This document shows positions 63,233-64,000 of a DNA stretch of 64,000 bases, piece after piece. This DNA is from Candidatus Dadabacteria bacterium. Lineage in GTDB: Bacteria > Desulfobacterota_D > UBA1144 > Nemesobacterales > Nemesobacteraceae. Each line of letters opens with the position of its first letter. Position 1 is the first letter of the stretch. The translations under genes and the position numbers were made by a program. Location of the stretch: positions 22,560 through 86,559 of the forward strand of contig JAPPFE010000001.1 of NCBI GenBank assembly GCA_028823955.1, written 5' to 3'. The notes under the pieces were generated by a model, which saw only the letters and a list, made by a program, of their open reading frames with translations, did no database searches and had not been told where the DNA came from.

Positions 63233-64000
63233 CTATAAATTTATAGTGGAAGGATTTCTTAGTTTGTAAAGGAGATCGTCGCTCAGCATTCCCGAAAAGA
63301 CTTCTTCCACCTCGCCGCACATAGTGATCGCCCAGTCTTCCCCAACGTTTATGTCCAGATGCCCGCCGGGCATCAGCACCCTGAGATTCCGGTCCGTAAG
63401 GCCGGATTTCACGCACGCCGCGGCGACCGCGCAGGAACTGCTGCCTGAGGCAAGAGTGTAGCCGGCTCCTCTCTCCCAGATTAAAATACGAACGCTCGCG
63501 CGCGAGATCACTTGGGCAAACTGAACATTGGTCCTGTTCGGAAAGATGGGGTGGTTCTCTATCTCGGGTCCTAGTTCCTTTATTAGATCTTCTCTTAGCT
63601 CTTCGAAGAAAATAACACAGTGGGGGTTTCCCACCGAAACGGCCGTAAAATCAAATTCTGATGCGCCGAGAACCAAGCGCTGCCCCACAGCTTCCTCCCC
63701 CTCCATGTCTACCGGAACCTCGTCCGCCCTGAAAGTCGCCGCGCCCATTTCCACCGTGACGTGGTGAACCTTCCCGTCTTTCTCCTCGACTTCGGCCGTA
63801 ACAAGACCGCCGGGAGTATCTATGGAAAAAGTCCTGCTCGAAGCGTTTTTCCTCTCGTAGAGGTACTTGGCGAAAATCCTGAGCCCGTTTCCGCTCTTTT
63901 CCGCCTCGCTTCCGTCAGGATTGAGAATCCTGAGCCCGAAATCCCCCCTTGCAGGGGGGACCAGAAGCAGTATGCCGTCAGAGCCTATGCCGTAATTCCT
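63233..64000 (-). CDS. dapF: Diaminopimelate epimerase family protein, Ser/Ser variant (5' end outside the window)
   Basis: RNYGIGSDGIL, NPDGSEAEKSGNGLR, GNPHCV, FPNRTNVQF and WERGAGYTLASGS motifs. Confidence 0.88.
   Translation of the reverse strand, partial: RNYGIGSDGILLLVPPARGDFGLRILNPDGSEAEKSGNGLRIFAKYLYERKNASSRTFSIDTPGGLVTAEVEEKDGKVHHVTVEMGAATFRADEVPVDMEGEEAVGQRLVLGASEFDFTAVSVGNPHCVIFFEELREDLIKELGPEIENHPIFPNRTNVQFAQVISRASVRILIWERGAGYTLASGSSSCAVAAACVKSGLTDRNLRVLMPGGHLDINVGEDWAITMCGEVEEVFSGMLSDDLLYKLRNPSTINL

Overview
Gene-dense bacterial chromosomal window made up mostly of housekeeping genes from a diderm. The gene set (futalosine mqnA/mqnD, trmFO, glyQ/glyS, type I-beta DAHP synthase, short EF-Ts) suggests a deltaproteobacteria-like lineage, possibly Dadabacteria; this is inference only. 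It holds about 70 CDS, including rpsB-tsf-pyrH-frr, serS, panBCD, apt-aroB-trmB-aroF, rpsU-dnaG-rpoD, uppS-dxr-rseP, purKE, glyQS, hisAF-dgt-mqnA-mqnD and a partial dapF. I saw no CRISPR array, tRNA, IS or integrase. Best leads: (1) a stand-alone 5S rRNA gene with its own sigma70 promoter just downstream of rpoD; (2) a putative operon linking lipid kinase and acyltransferase genes to an unannotated ~550-aa protein with a hidden class II aldolase domain, plus a beta-hydroxyacid dehydrogenase and an AcuI-like reductase; (3) a Fic-MerR fusion behind a perfect 20-bp palindrome, divergent from a lipoprotein hydrolase; (4) RseP with an extra PDZ-like domain on the predicted cytoplasmic side; (5) DapF with both catalytic Cys replaced by Ser; (6) neighbouring 4-Cys and 1-Cys DksA paralogs; (7) an RpoD with Cys at the conserved Y430 position; (8) a steroid 5-alpha-reductase-like gene inserted among core genes. 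All family calls come from reading motifs by eye, not from database searches.
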